A stretch of 64,000 nucleotides of DNA from NCBI RefSeq assembly GCF_009914755.1, contig NC_060926.1; one strand, given 5' to 3'. The stretch comes from the human T2T-CHM13v2.0 reference genome, Homo sapiens. This document shows, one piece after another, positions 1 to 14,234 of the stretch. Position 1 is the stretch's first letter, and every line of letters starts with the position of its first letter. Made by a program: the position numbers and the translations under genes. The notes under the pieces are model-generated. The model made no database searches. It had not been told where the DNA came from and saw nothing but the letters and a program-made list of their open reading frames with translations.

Positions 1-318
1 TCAGCCATTCCAACAATTCACACAGTACCTTCGTGCCTGGCAGGTTGCAATTCTGTCTTGCTTTGGCAAATGAGTCAGTCAGAAGCCAGAAAGAAAAGCT
101 GACTTCTACACCCTGCAGTCTTACAAAGCCAACCAACTAAATCAACAAGGACTAGCTAATGTTTGTACTTTTCTCTCCCTGCTTTTTTGAGCACCACAAA
201 TTCAAAGCAGCTGTGTGCTTCTCCCCACTCAACCTTTGGCCTATTAGCCAAAGCATATGTAGTCAGCAAACCCGGTGGCTGAGACCTGGCTTTCTCAAGC
301 CCAACTTAGAGGCTTCTA

Positions 319-672
<354 letters not shown>

Positions 673-799
673 TCAATCAAAACGTCATGTCAGCCTTCAC
701 TCCAGAGAAAGAGGCCTGTTTCTTATGATGTCATGGATACCTATGAATTGTGTATATGTCTTTACACATTTTCCTTTCATTTATGATGAGAGTGAAATA

Positions 800-892
800 A
801 CTTCATTTATTCATTCAATGAATTTTAACTAGAACTTCTATGTGCTTGTCCCAGCTAGATGCTGGGAAACAATACAGTGAACAAGAGACATC
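800..892 (-). mobile_element. L2 3' end fragment
   Basis: TTCATTTATTCATTCAA...TATGTGC...GCTGGG...AGTGAACAAGA is the reverse of the L2 3' terminus. Confidence 0.6.
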
Positions 893-2249
893 GGGCTGGA
901 GGAAGAAGCAGAAATAGCCACAGACACTTATCAGATATTCACCCCCACCCCAACCCCCGCCCCCACCCTGAGCTCAGCCCTGAGCATCTTCCTGCCTCAC
1001 CGGGAATCCACATAGGGCAGGGTAGGAAGATGAAGGAGGAAACAGCCTCTTCTAACTGAAAGGCTCAACCACAAAAGGCTTTGTATAATTAAGTCTTAAG
1101 TGAGAGAACTTCCAGACCGGGTCATGGGGGCCCCAGGTCTGTGGAAAGGCAATGGCCCCGAGGTGAGACAGCTCTGGTGGGTTGGAGGATGAGCTGAGAG
1201 GTCAGGCTGCAGAGGCAAGGGCTGGGCTGGCACTGGAGGGGCTGTCCTCAAGAGCTGGGGAAACCACAGAGAGCGAAAGCCCAGATCTGAGTTTCTGAAA
1301 ACCTGCTCTAGTGACAGATGAAGAAGACGGGACAGGGTTGTGTACTCACTGCTCACCATTCATGATGCAGGGCACGGTGCCAGGCACCGCAAGGAAATGA
1401 GGCCGCAGTGAAAATGGCCTCTGTTCAAACCCACGTGGAGGCAGAGGCCGCGGTCAGCCCCCGGGAGACACTGTGTGCTCCAGAGCAGGTCACCTCACCC
1501 AGACGGAACACGCCTTTCCCCAGTGTGCCCATGACTCTTCATGCCCCAGCTCCCATCCCTGGAAGACCCTGCGAGGTGGCGCCAGGGAAAGGAAAGGGCC
1601 TCCTTCCTTGGAGAAAGAGGAAATTCAAGCAATTCACAGCTATTCAGGAATCAGCTACTCTGTGTGCTCACCGTGGGGACGAGAGGTAAGAAAGACATCT
1701 GATTCAAAGGCATCGCTACAGTGGAGGCAGGAGGAGGTGGCGCCCTAGGATGCTCTGACATTGAACAAAATGTAGCAGCAACAGGGTGATGGGCCACACC
1801 TGTCTGAGGGCAGCAAGAAGACCTTGGGAAGAGGGGAGTGAAGAAACCAAGGAAATCCCAGGGGCTGCAAGTGGGAAGAGGCAGCAGGGGCCCGGAGTAT
1901 ATCGGGGCTGGCAGAGAACAGATGGGACCTGGGAGGGGATGCCCGATGCAGCCTCAGAGGAAGCCTTGGCCGCCTGGGTGAGAATCCTGCCCTCTTCTGA
2001 CAACTGCAGGGCTGCCCTGTGGTTCGGCCCAGAACAGTGGCAGGAGCCCCACTCACGAGAAGGGTGTTCCTCTGGCCTCATTTGTGTGGAATAGACTGGC
2101 TATGAGGATACCAAAAGATCCCGAACGCTCAACTGTGGCCCTGACGGCAGAGCTGACAGCTGCTCCGGTGCCAAAGTGTCTCTTAGGTCCAATTCTACTT
2201 ACCCATAACTGCAGGGCCACAAGTCACTCTATAAATTGTGCCCCACAGT

Positions 2250-2400
2250 GGCCAGGCATCAGGCGTGGCTCATATCTTGTAATCCCAGCACTTTGGGAGG
2301 CTAAGGTGAGAGGATCACTTGAGGCCAGCAATTCGAGGCTGCAGTGAGCCGTGATCATGACTGCACTCCACCCTGGACAACACAGCAACATCTCCAAAAA
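2250..2400 (+). mobile_element. Alu monomer (FAM/FRAM-like)
   Basis: Single-arm Alu sequence ending in a short A tail. Confidence 0.75.
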
Positions 2401-4358
2401 GATATTTAAATGGTGTCCACAGATAAGTGTTGAGACAACAGGGCACGGTCAGCTCTATCTGCTGTCAGGACGACGTCGCGTGTTATTTACGCCTGGTTGG
2501 AACACGTCAGGGGGAATATCTTAACACATCAGATGCGTGTACTGGGCATGGGACCGTCTACCTGTGGGACCTTGCCCCCAGGTTCCCTGAGAGGTGCCAG
2601 GCTGGGGACCTCATCCAGTTCTATCTCTCTCAGTGTGGCACAGGCCTCAGTGAGTGGACATGGGGTGCACATTTCCCCTTCAGGAACTGTACAAAAATTG
2701 AAGAAAAGGAACCACACACCCCAAATTCAAAGAAAGCCTCCAACAATTGGAGTTGGAGGCGTTCTCCAAACCCCTTCCCCACTTCCTGACAGCCCCCTGT
2801 CAGCCTTGAAGAAGAGGAAGGAACAGGCCAACCTTGGGGACCCCGCCTGCCCCCAGGGTTGAGCAAGGCTCTGAGGGCACTGCTCCTGGAGACCAGGGCT
2901 GCCCCAGGGGCAGGGGCAGGGCAGAGCACCACCCTCGTCAGCAGCCTGTGGCCTTGGCCCGTCCTGTCATCACTCCGGACCTCTATTTCTCAACCGTAAT
3001 TTTAAAAAAACAGGACACCGTGGCCTGTTTAGGGCTTCTTTTTGGCAATAACATTTAAGTCTGGAACATGACAAGCTCCATCTCCTGGTCTGATAAAACA
3101 GCAAGTACCACCCCCAGAATTCTGGACAACGTCCACCCCTCGGGCCCTGGACTTTCACCTGCACCCTGGCTGCTGAGCAGGCCTCTGGCATCCTCTCCCA
3201 ACCCAGTCATGTGTGGCTCCAGGCCTCTGAGCCCAGGCAGGCTCAGCCACCCTTAGCTGGAGGCCCCGACTAACACACAGTTCCCTCTTCTTCTGCAGGC
3301 CAGCCCCAGCCTCATCCCTGTGGTTGGTTGATATTGGTTTTAAGCTATGGGTGACAAACTCTCTGTTCTCTGAGTGTGCCTTCAGGACATGATGTCACCC
3401 TCGTTGAAGTCTGAATGCCCAGGAAAGGCTGCCTGAGGGGTTGGACTGGATTGTCGTCCACCTGCCCATCTGCAGAGCTGCCAGGGCTCACCCGCTTGGG
3501 CAGGAGCACAGTCCCTGGAGAGCTGGTCAGAGCAGACCATGGGCTGTCCCCAGAGGCTTGAATCCCACCGCTCAGGCTGGGGCTGGAGCGTCCACATTGC
3601 TGACGGGTTCCCCAGTGGTCTGGACGTCCTGGACCGCACTCAAAAATTGCCGCCCTCAAGCATCCGGGAGACAGGTGGTTCTGGCTCCTGGACACTGCTC
3701 CACCTGCCACGTCTGGGATAAAAGCCCCCTGCTCTGGGCCATCACAGTGGCGCTGTTGAAGGAGATCACAGAAAGCAGCCAGTCCAGCCCAGTACAGGCC
3801 AGGCTCCAGGGAAGAAGAACAGGCAGGGGCATCCAGCCCAGGGGAGCAGGGACGGTTTCAAAGGAAGTGATATCTGAGGCTTCAAGGACAGAGAAGGGTC
3901 AGCCAAGCAGCGAAGGGGAGGGTAATGGTGTTCCCAGGAGAGGAGCGGGCAGGAGTAAACATCCACCCAGGGCTGTCCTGGGAACAGCAGGTGTGTGTGG
4001 CTCCACACAGATGGCTGGAGCATCATGGGAGAGGAGCAAGAGATGGAAGCTGAGGCTGGACAGTGGGCTGGCTGGACCCTGACAGGCTTCAGGCCGGTCG
4101 TGGAGTCTGGACATCAGCGTGCAGCTGCTGTCAGCAGACGGGGCTGGCAGGGCTCACAGAGGCAGGGCTGACATCCAGTCTCAGGCCAGGGCCAGAGTGA
4201 CTGTCCACAGGGAAGAGGGGACAGCCCCAGGTATCTGGGATAGAAGGAGGAGGGCAAGTAGGGAAGAAAATTCAGAACTCACATTTTTTTTTTCCTGAAA
4301 CAAACTCAAAAAAGGTACTGTCGGTTAAAAAACAAACAACAAAATAAAAAACAAATAA

Positions 4359-4683
<325 letters not shown>

Positions 4684-5897
4684 TGTACCACACTTTTAAA
4701 GAAGCAATTGATTATAGACGTTTTCTTGCTCCCTACGGCATCAAATGTTTGGTGTCACTGTGTGGTGCTGCAGACCCATGTGTAGATGGCCACAGCCTGC
4801 GTGCAGCTCTGGGGGTCTTATACCTCCATGTCCACACCACCCTCTTCCTCTCTTACTCCTCCTTGGGCTTCCTGGCCCAACTAGTTTCCAGTATACTAGG
4901 GTATACTTAGACCTTCTCAATGCCCCATGCTCATTGACTTGGGGTGCACTGGAGACACTGATCTCTCATTTTAAAATGAGAATCAGTGAATAGGTGGATG
5001 TGAGGATTTTCCATTCACCTTCCAGGTACGTCTCCTGCCTTCAATCCTTCAATGCTCTGGGCCATGCCCTCTCACGATAGGGGAACAGGGTTGCAAATGG
5101 CAAACGAGGGAGGCCCTTCTTCCAGGAAGCCTATTATACAAGAGCATTCCAGGGCTCACTGGTGCTGTCCTGCGAGCCACAGCAGGCTGGCGGGGGACAG
5201 CATGACCCAGGAAGGGTGCCTAAGCCACCCTGCCTTCATGGCCAACCCTGACCCTGAGGTTAGAGCATCCCTCAAAACATCTCCACTCGCACATCTCTCT
5301 CTCATTCCTCACTCCCAGATCCTTAAAACCATCAGCACAGAGCCAAGACATTTACAAACAAAACAGCAACAAAAACCCAAACTCTTCCAACCTTCAGACT
5401 CCACTTTAGGACCTAAAAAGCAACATCTTCCAAAGCAGAGAAAAGTACTTCAGGGGAAGAAAACTCCAGACTCTGAAAGGCGGGGAATACAGTGTGTGTT
5501 GTCACATGAACACCAAATGCCAAGAAGCCATCTCAGACAAGGACGCCAGCCCACACCAGCTGCTTCTAAGAGGCTGCCCTTTCCCAGAGGCATAACACCA
5601 TGAGCCTAGGAACACAGAGGGAAGAGGTGCTCCCAGCAGCTACGTTCCAAAGAGCGGGGCCAGGACGGCCCCACCACAGGACTCACAGCATTGAAATCCC
5701 ATTTGTGGAGGCTGCCAAATGTCAGCATCTGCCCTGGCCTTTCTCAATTGCCATAACTCCACGCGGCTGAGAAAGAAAAAGAAGGGGAAACTCCACCAAA
5801 CTTAAAAATTGGGAATAACTGTACTGCTCCCTGCAAACACATAAAGCTGATCCATCCACGGTGGCAAGTACTTCAAACAGAGCCGCTTCCTTCTTAG

Positions 5898-6068
<171 letters not shown>

Positions 6069-7077
6069 TGAGGAGACACGCCCCTCCGCCCCTCTCCACA
6101 TATACCCTGGCATCCTGTGTCTTCTCTGCTCTCTCAGGGTCACCTTCTGAGCAACAGATCCCCACGGCAGCCCCAGAGAGCGGAGTGGGGGTGGGGGGGA
6201 TGGCTTTGTCAACTTGTTCTCATTCTTGAGCTGACGATCTCTCCGTTTTGAGAGTGAGGAGATCTAGGCCTTTTTCTTTTCCCTGGCATGTTTAATTTAC
6301 AATTACTGTACTCAGGCAGTGTGAATGTTTACCATATGTTGGTTGTGTGGCAAAATATTCTGGCTCCCAGAAAAAGTCTGGTAGCTGAGTCAAGCTGAGT
6401 CACTCACCTAGAGAAGTCCTGAGGGAGGTCATTAGAGGTGGCTGGGACAGGCACGGTGCCTCCCTGCCTCCTGGAGGAGGAAAAGGCAGAGCTGGGAGTC
6501 AGATCCAGATGGGTGCCCCAACCGGCTGGAGCACAGAGGCTCTTACAGAACACCACGATTGTGTTGGGATTGTATGCACTAGAACTTTGCCTACAGAGGA
6601 GAAAAAAGCCGAGTTGGAACCAGGGCAATGAACAGGACCAAAGAAACTCAAGGATGGAAATGGTAACAAAAACGCAAAGCAGAACTCAGTCACCATCAAA
6701 ACACAAAGATCACTTCAATTTAGTATTTTTTAAATGTGTCCTTCATTCTAATAGTATATGGTTTACATTCTAAAGTGAAAGAACTTATTCATTTTGATGA
6801 TAAATCATCATGTTTTTCAATGAAACATGTGACAGGTTAATTCCTGCAGTTTCTGCAATGTCCCCAACAGTTAGGACCTCCATTCTATCATAAAATGGCC
6901 ACTTTTCATCACCGTATGGCCATGACTACTGAAAAACACAAAATGTCAGGAAAAACTAAACCGCTGCTGCTGAGTGCCTGATGAGCGCCTGAAGACAGTG
7001 GCTCACAAGTGGTGTGTGCTTAAGAATCAGCTGAGGAATCTTGTCTAAAATGCAGGTTCCAAAGCCACACTTCCAGC

Positions 7078-7461
7078 TATATGAGGCTGTTCTCACACTG
7101 CTATAAAGAACTGCCCGAGACCAGGTAATTTAGAAAGGAAAGAGGTTTCATTGACTCACAGTTCAGCATGGCTGGGAGGCCTCAGGAAACTTACAATCAT
7201 GGCGGAAGGTGAAGGGAAAGCCAGGCACCTTCTCCACAGGGCAGCAGGGGAAGAATGAACGCAGGAGAAACTACCAAACACTTATAAAACCATCAGACCT
7301 CGTGAGAACTCACTCACTCTCAGGAGAACAGCATGGGGGAATCCGCCCCCATGATTCAATTACCTCCACCTGGTCTCTCCCTTGACATGTGGGGATAATG
7401 GGGATGATGGGGATTACAATTCAAGATGAGATTTGGGTGAGGACACAGCCAAACAATATCA
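7078..7461 (-). mobile_element. MaLR solo LTR (THE1C/D-like)
   Basis: Ends in GGACACAGCCAAACAATATCA (reverse of the THE1 start TGATATGGTTTGGCTGTGTCC); typical THE1 internal motifs. Confidence 0.85.
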
Positions 7462-8194
7462 CTACCTCCGTTAAAAAGCTGAGGGTCTGCAGAGTGTTTC
7501 TCCAGGCATGATTAGAGGAGTGCCCAGGAATCTTGTGAAAATTTTAAATTCCTTGGCCTACTCCCTACTCTACCACAGATTCTGATAGGATAGGCAGGGG
7601 TGGGGGCGGGTCTACAAATCCATATTTTCCAGAAGCTTCCAGGCCTTTCTAGTGAGGTTTTCCTGGCAGAGCTTTCAAGAACACAAGAGTAAAATCCCAT
7701 TACCAGCCAGATGACCATCAATTCTGAGCCAACATGAGAAGGTTGTTTATGGGTTTTTGTTGTCCCGCTCCACATAAGAATAACTTTCCTCACTATTTCC
7801 CTCATACTTGACTGAAAAAAGGGAGCGGGACGGGTGCCGTGGCTTTGCTCCTTGGTCTCTTGGCGGCTCTGTGGCCTCAGACGTGTTGCTCGCCTCTGCC
7901 TCTCAGCTTCTTCCTCACGTCACACGGAGCCTGAAGCACAGCTGCTTCCTCAGGGCGTGCTCAGGGCTAAAGGCACACCTCTTGCCAGCCCAGCCAGTGC
8001 CTGATGCCCTCCTGCTCTTTGCTATCAAGTTCTAATCCCTGTGAGCAGAGAAATGAACAGCAAACTCCATGAAGGGGACTTAGCATCACCGCTCGAGGGG
8101 AGAGTGAAAAACTACTCACACTGCCGAGAAAACTTCAGGTTAGCTGAGCATCAGCCATGTGCAGGCACAGACTTCAAAGACCCAGGAGAGGCTA

Positions 8195-8352
8195 GAGTAA
8201 TTCCAGCACTTTGGGAGGTCGAGGCAGGAGGATCACTTGAGCCCAGGAAGCTGAGGCTGCAGTGAGCTATGATTGCACCACTGCACTCCAGCCTTGGTGA
8301 CACAGCAAGACCCTGTCTCAAAACAAGCAAATAAACAACAACAACAAAAAAA
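8195..8352 (+). mobile_element. Alu monomer (FRAM/FAM-like)
   Basis: Single arm with A/CAA tail; flanks share CCAGGAGA. Confidence 0.75.
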
Positions 8353-8664
8353 CATCCAGGAGAAATGGAGTGTGTCGTCTTCATGGAATGAGAGCTGGAG
8401 TCATAGGCTCTGGAAGACAGGCATGACGTGGGGAGGAGCTGGTCTTTAGGCAAGGGAGCCCCCAGCCGGGGAGGTTCCAAGCACTTGTCACACATCCGCT
8501 GACTTACCTTAAGGGCACAAAGAAGTCATGTAAATGCTTCAGACTGTGTTACCTCCAGTTTTCAAAGTAACTGACATGCCACAGACCACAGATGGCAAAT
8601 GTTTCCTCCACAGGGCCTATCAGGTGACTGTGGCTGCCCGCACACTGTGTTAAGAAGGATTGTG

Positions 8665-8969
8665 GGCCGGGCGCGGGGGCTCACGCCTGTAATCCCAGCA
8701 CTTTGGGAGGCCGAGCCGGGTGGATCATGAGGTCAGGAGATTGAGACCATCCTGGCTAACATGGTGAAACCCCATCTCTACTAAAAATTACAAAAAATTA
8801 GCCGGTCATGGTGGCAGGTGCCTGTAGTCCCAGCTACTCGGGTGGGGGAGGCTGAGGCAGGAGAATGGTGTGAACCCGGGAGGCCAAGCTTGCGGTGAGC
8901 CGAGACCACACCACTGCACTCCAGCCTGGGCAACAGAGCGAGACTCCATCTCAAAAAAAAAAAAAAAAA
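8665..8969 (+). mobile_element. Alu (AluY/Sc-like), inside a probable old hAT MER element (~8589-9046)
   Basis: Full dimer with long A tail; TSD-like AAGGATT(G/C)TG; flanks end in TIR-like GATGGCAAA / TTTGCCATT. Confidence 0.9.
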
Positions 8970-9244
8970 GGATTCTGAGCAGCAGTAAGGCCCCACCAGG
9001 CCTGCGTGAAGAGCGGCCACCCTCGGGCCCCGGGTTTGCCATTCTCACATTGGCAATATCCATGAATTCAGGGATGTGAGTGAGCACATCTTCTGACACG
9101 TTCCTCCAAAAAGTCAAGGATTCACCCTGGTAACTCTAAGTCCTCTTGGGGCAGAAACTCCTTTGACACTCAAAACACAGGTCCTTTCTCCACTCACACA
9201 GAAGAGTTTGCAGGCAGTTTCCTTCAGCATACGAACCCCAGATC

Positions 9245-9746
9245 TGATACAAAAGGACAAATCCTGTATGATTCTGCTTATATGTGGTACCTAGAGTAGT
9301 CACGTTCGTGGAGACAGGAAGTAGAAGGGTGGTTGCCAGGGGCTGCGGGGAGGGGAATGGGGAGTGGCTGTTTCATGGGCAGAGTTTCCATTGGGGAAGA
9401 TGAAAAAGTTCCAGAGGTGGATGATGGTGATGGTGGCACAACGTGAATGCACTTAATGCCACTGATTGTCCATTTAAAAATGGCTTAAATGGGCCAGGCG
9501 TGGTGGTTCATGCCTATAATCCCAGCACTTTGGGTGGATCACGAGGTCAGGAGTTCGAGACCAGCCTAGCCAACATGGCGAAACCCCATCTCTACCAAAA
9601 ATATAAAAAATTAGCTGGGTGTAGTGGCTGGTGCCTGTAATCCCAGCTACTCGGGAGGCTGAGGCAGGAGAATCGCTCGAACCTGGGAGGTGGAGGTTGC
9701 AGTGAGCTACTGCACTGCAGCCAGGCCACAGAGCGAGACACCATCT

Positions 9747-9781
<35 letters not shown>

Positions 9782-9830
9782 GGCTTAAATGGTAAATTTT
9801 ATGTTATACACATTCAAGCACAAGTTTTTT
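9245..9830 (+). mobile_element. L1MB-type 3' UTR fragment interrupted by an Alu
   Basis: AAAGGACAAATCCTGTATGATT...GGTTGCCAGGGGCTG...GATGGTGATGG...GTAAATTTTATGTTA is typical of an L1M 3' end. Confidence 0.8.
9491..9780 (+). mobile_element. Alu (AluS-like, internal deletions) with a (CA)n tail at ~9750-9780
   Basis: Alu arms; flanks repeat GGCTTAAATGG. Confidence 0.88.
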
Positions 9831-10359
9831 TGAAAAACAGCAGATCTGCAAAATGCCACTCCTAGGTCTTGCAGCTTTGTTCTCACACTGACGAGCATGC
9901 CAGTTTGTCTTTGCTGGGGAGTTGATCAACCCTCAGGGTTCCCTGTGCTTCCAGCAGTACAAAGGCCCAAGCTGTGTCTCAGACACCAGGCTCATAGCTC
10001 CCTGAGGCTGACCCCATTCGTGATCCTGGATGGGCCACGCAGGGTAAGGACGACTGGGCTTTCTACCTGAAGCTCTCGAACTGCACTCATGTTCCATAAA
10101 GAACCTCATCTCATCTTCCGAGGGGGGCAGGATTGTTTCTGCTGGCATTTGGTGCCAGGATCCCAGGTTGACTCCAGTAGTCACAAGTCCCAGGTTTTCT
10201 CAACTCTAACGGAGGAGCCCAAGCAAAGGGACACTCCCAGAACACCCGGGAGGCTTATCCTTCCGCCGCTCCTTTGGTTTTCCTTGGACTCTCTGCTTAG
10301 AAACCTACAACGTGAAATCCAGTCATGGAAGCAGCCACAGAACAGTTGTTTCTTTCTGG

Positions 10360-11070
10360 TCAAATTTATTACATGATAAATTAGTATATTGTTATACAAT
10401 CATTTCAATATAGAGTGTATAACAGCATGCACATCTCTGTCCCCCAGCCCAAGAAACAGCACATTCAGCATGCACCACTGAAGCTCCTGGAGTAAACCTC
10501 CAGCCCTGGTCCTCGGCCCCCGCCTGGAGAAGTAACCATGTGGATTCAGCACTCCTGGCCCTCCGCACTGCTCCATACTTTCATACTCACGTTGGAAACA
10601 ATGAGTAGTGTTGTGTTGTTTGTTTGAACACTCTGGATACACCAGCATCATATTGGACATATACTTCTGTGGCCAGGTGGTCTTCTCCCATCCTTATGTC
10701 TTTTATCTTCATCCATTTTGACGTGTGCAGCTCTAGTCCATTTATTTTTACTGCTCTCTAGAACTCCACTGTTGGGCACTCCCACATTATCCCCTCTCCC
10801 ATAGATGGAAACTTAGATGTTTTCATAATTACAAACAAATGCCGCAGTCAACACGTGTGCACATTCATGCGCATGCCCATGGCTGGAACTGTGGGGTCAA
10901 GGATGGGCACATCTTCAGTTCTACTCAGAATGCCCCTTTGCATTCCAGTGTGGTGGGATTGATGCCCATGCTCCCTGGCAGTATTGGAGAATTCCCACTG
11001 CTCCACATCCTCACCAGATTACCAGATTTTCTGTTGTCAGACTTTTTAATTTTTGCCAATCTCATGGATG
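10360..11070 (-). mobile_element. Old L1M fragments
   Basis: Degenerate reverse L1 3' motifs (CCACATCCTCACCA...TTTTTGCCAATCT; TAGTCCATTTATTTTTACTGCT). Confidence 0.55.
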
Positions 11071-11189
11071 TGTTGCGCCATGGTAAACCAAGTCCTAACA
11101 AGGGCCAAGAGGCCTTAGGCCAACACCATCTGGCTGCCACAATTCCACCCCCACACCACCCCACTGTACACCTTCCTACACTTAGTTCC

Positions 11190-11630
11190 TATTCCCTTCC
11201 TGGACTCACCGCGTTTCTGCCACCCTGGCCTCGATGTTCCATGTATGTACCAGGCACTCATGCCTTGGAACTTTTACACTGGCTGTTCCCTCTTCCACAA
11301 ATGCTGTTACCCAGGTACAGTCATGTTCTCTCCTTGCTTTCTTCAAGTCTCTGTGCAAATGTCACCTTCTCAGTGCAACCTATTGGGGCCACCTTATTCA
11401 CAACTGTACCCAATCCTTGCTCCTGGCACTTCTCCTTTATCACCTACACCTTTATCACCTTCTAATAACCTATGTGATTCACTCACCAATTTTATTTCTT
11501 TGTCTCTTCCCACCAAAATGTAATATCCAGGTGGTGAGGGATTGTTGTTGATTTTGTTTCCTGGTATTCCCTAAGTTCTGAGGAGAGTGCTTGGCACATA
11601 ATAGGCATTCAGTAAATACTTGCTGAACAC
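11190..11630 (+). mobile_element. L2 3' region
   Basis: TGGCACATAATAGGCATTCAGTAAATACTTGCTGAA terminus preceded by a pyrimidine-rich L2 body. Confidence 0.75.
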
Positions 11631-12320
11631 ATGGATGGATGAATGGAAGAATGGATGGAAGGATGGAAGGATGGATGGATGAAGTGATCAATGGATGATG
11701 GGATGAATGGATGGATGGATGAAGGGACGAAGGGATGGATGGATGGTTGGATGGAGCAATGGATGGATGGATAGATCAATGGATGGATGGATGAAAAGAT
11801 GAATGGATGAATGGATGGAAAAATGGATGAAGGGATGAAGAGTAAATGGATGGATGGATGGATGGAGGAATGGACATATAGATAAAGGGATGAATGGGTG
11901 AATGGATGGATAAAGGGATGGATGGAAGTAAATGGACGGATGGATAAATGAATGGATGGATGAAGGGGTGAATGAATGGTAGACGATGGATGAAGGGATG
12001 AGTTGATGAAGGAATGGATGGATGGATGGGTGGATGGATGGATGGATGGATGGACGGATGGATGAAGGGATGAATGGAAGGAAGGAAGGATGGATGGATG
12101 GATGGATGGATGAAGGGATGAATGAGTGGATGGATGGATGGATGGACGGATGGATGAAGGGATGAATGGAAGGAAGGAAGGATGGATGGATGGATGAAGG
12201 GATGGATGGATTGATGAAGGGACGGATGGCTGGATGGAGTGATGGATGAAGGGATGGATGGATGGGTGGATGGATGAGGGGATGGATGGATGAGGGGATG
12301 GATAGATGGATGGATGGATG
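11631..12320 (+). repeat. (GGAT)n/(TGGA)n degenerate simple repeat, ~690 bp
   Basis: Continuous GGAT/GAAT/GGAA units directly after the L2 tail. Confidence 0.95.
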
Positions 12321-13059
12321 TCTTAAAGCTCAGTCATTTGTGCTACTATTCACACTGGCTGCAATTTGTGAGCTTGGAAAACCAGTCCTTTTTTCCAGCC
12401 TGAGGTAAGATCTGATTCTTCACAAGGCTGTTTCACTACTGACATGTTTTCATCAGATACGTTTGCATGTTCATTAACTCATGTAAACATTATTAAAAGG
12501 ACTATGTAAACAGCTTCCTACACGTTTCCTCTTGCTTTCATTCAGGTATAATTATATGAAAACACAATGTACCATATGTGCCAACGGGCCATTCCCTTTC
12601 TTGTGCTTCCAAACGACAATTCCCCTCTGCAAACACACTCAGATACCAGGTCTTTATATTTCTCCTTCTACTCCAAATCTAATCTGCCTTCTGAAGACAA
12701 AAATCTCAAAGCCCCTGCCCAATGATATGGCAGCCAACAATGTCCATTCTCACCCTAATATGGTCTAGGAACTCACTCTTACCTTTAAAAGTGCTTTGCA
12801 AATTGTAAAAGGGTATTCAAAAATGGTTACTTCCTCCTTCACTGTACCCTTGTCACAACTATTCAAATAGTCATAAACATTCAATGCTGCCAAACATGAT
12901 GGTGGTTTCCAATCCTCTTCACCCTACCCAAGTCCAACATGTCACCCCTCCAATAGTCACTATGTCCCCTCACACAGGAAACATCTCAGAAACAGGCATG
13001 AGTGTCCTGACAGCTGCAGAGGAATAAGTATGCTGAAGGTCACTGAAAGTGACTGGCCA

Positions 13060-13775
13060 GCAGCCTCTAAATCAGTTCTATTTTCTTCCTGGCATACTAC
13101 TCGTCTAGATCTTCCAGCCCCCTCCCTTGCAGTTAGGTATGGCCATGTGACCGAGTTCTAACACAGTGGTTCTCAACCAGGACAATTTTGCCTCCCGGGG
13201 ACATCTAGCAATGTCTGGAGAGGAGGCAACTGTGGTTGTCACAACTAGAGGAGAGAGGAGAGTTCTATGGGAATCTAGTGAGTCTCTGAGGCCAGAGAGC
13301 ATCCTGCTGAACATTCCACAATGCACAAGACAGCTCCTCACAACAATAAACACCATTCACAGGCTTTGTGGCTTTGTTCTAACTCTGATTAGCCTTTGGC
13401 CAGCTCAAATGCCCATGGTGCCAAAACCCTACACTCACCCTGTACTAATAGTTGAGAAACCCAGTTCTAACCAATGGAATGTGAGCTAATGTGTTGGAGC
13501 CAATTCCTTGCCTGATCCATAAAAACCAGCCAAGTGCAGTTGTCCAAGCTCTTTCCTCTTCCTTAGTCTGGGTGGAGATGATCCCAGGCAACTTGGAAGC
13601 CACACGCTGAATACAATGGGGCCACAAAAATGGGAAGAGCTTACATCTGTCACTGCTTGAATGAGAGCTGTCTGCCCATCAGTAACACACATTTTACACT
13701 ACGAAATAAACTAGCATGTTAGAGATCTGGGTTTGTTCAAGATACCAGCTGGCATTAGCTAACTCAGTCACAAAT
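13060..13775 (+). mobile_element. MLT1-type MaLR LTR interrupted by MER20
   Basis: CCCTTGCAGTTAGGTATGGCCATGTGAC...CCAATGGAATGTGAGC motifs on either side of the insert. Confidence 0.65.
13164..13464 (+). mobile_element. MER20-like hAT DNA transposon
   Basis: CAGTGGTTCTCAAC...GTTGAGAAACCCAG TIRs; 8-bp TSD TTCTAAC(A/C). Confidence 0.8.
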
Positions 13776-14234
13776 ACTTTTGCTTGTTTTCTTGAATAGA
13801 TTCTCCAATATATGGAGCTCCATTTGAGCCAACATCACCTGGGGGACATCTGGATTGGCCAGTCCTATTTCAAGTGGGAGAGGGATCTCCAGGGTACATT
13901 TCTCTGGAAATCAACTTATAACTGATATAACGAGCTGGCTTATGCAAAGACACAGGAGGGGTCTGTGGGCCCATTTAAGTCTCTGAGGAACTTTTGAAAT
14001 TGGTCCTCTTTAGATAAGCTTGCTACAGTTCACCTCTGGCCATTCTAGTCCTATAGGACTTCAAATTTGAATCTCTATACTCTATGTGCTGCAAGTTTAG
14101 TCGAAGATATCTTCTCTTGCCCAGTTATCTTAACCAGTCAGAGCTTAGTAAAAATAAATGCAAGTTCCTATTTCTTTACAGATTTACTATATCTGTCATA
14201 AGGCGTTTCTGCAATTGTAGTGATCGTTTACTGA

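Noticed and set aside
8502-8510. Perfect minus-strand donor AAG|GTAAGT
   Set aside because: Isolated motif with no identifiable partner acceptor or exon; expected by chance in 64 kb.
10839-11465. 208-aa ORF
   Set aside because: Runs across decayed L1 and L2 fragments.
11631-12320. EWS-FLI1 GGAA microsatellite enhancer or CRISPR-like array
   Set aside because: Dominant unit is GGAT with at most ~3 consecutive GGAA; no repeat-spacer structure.
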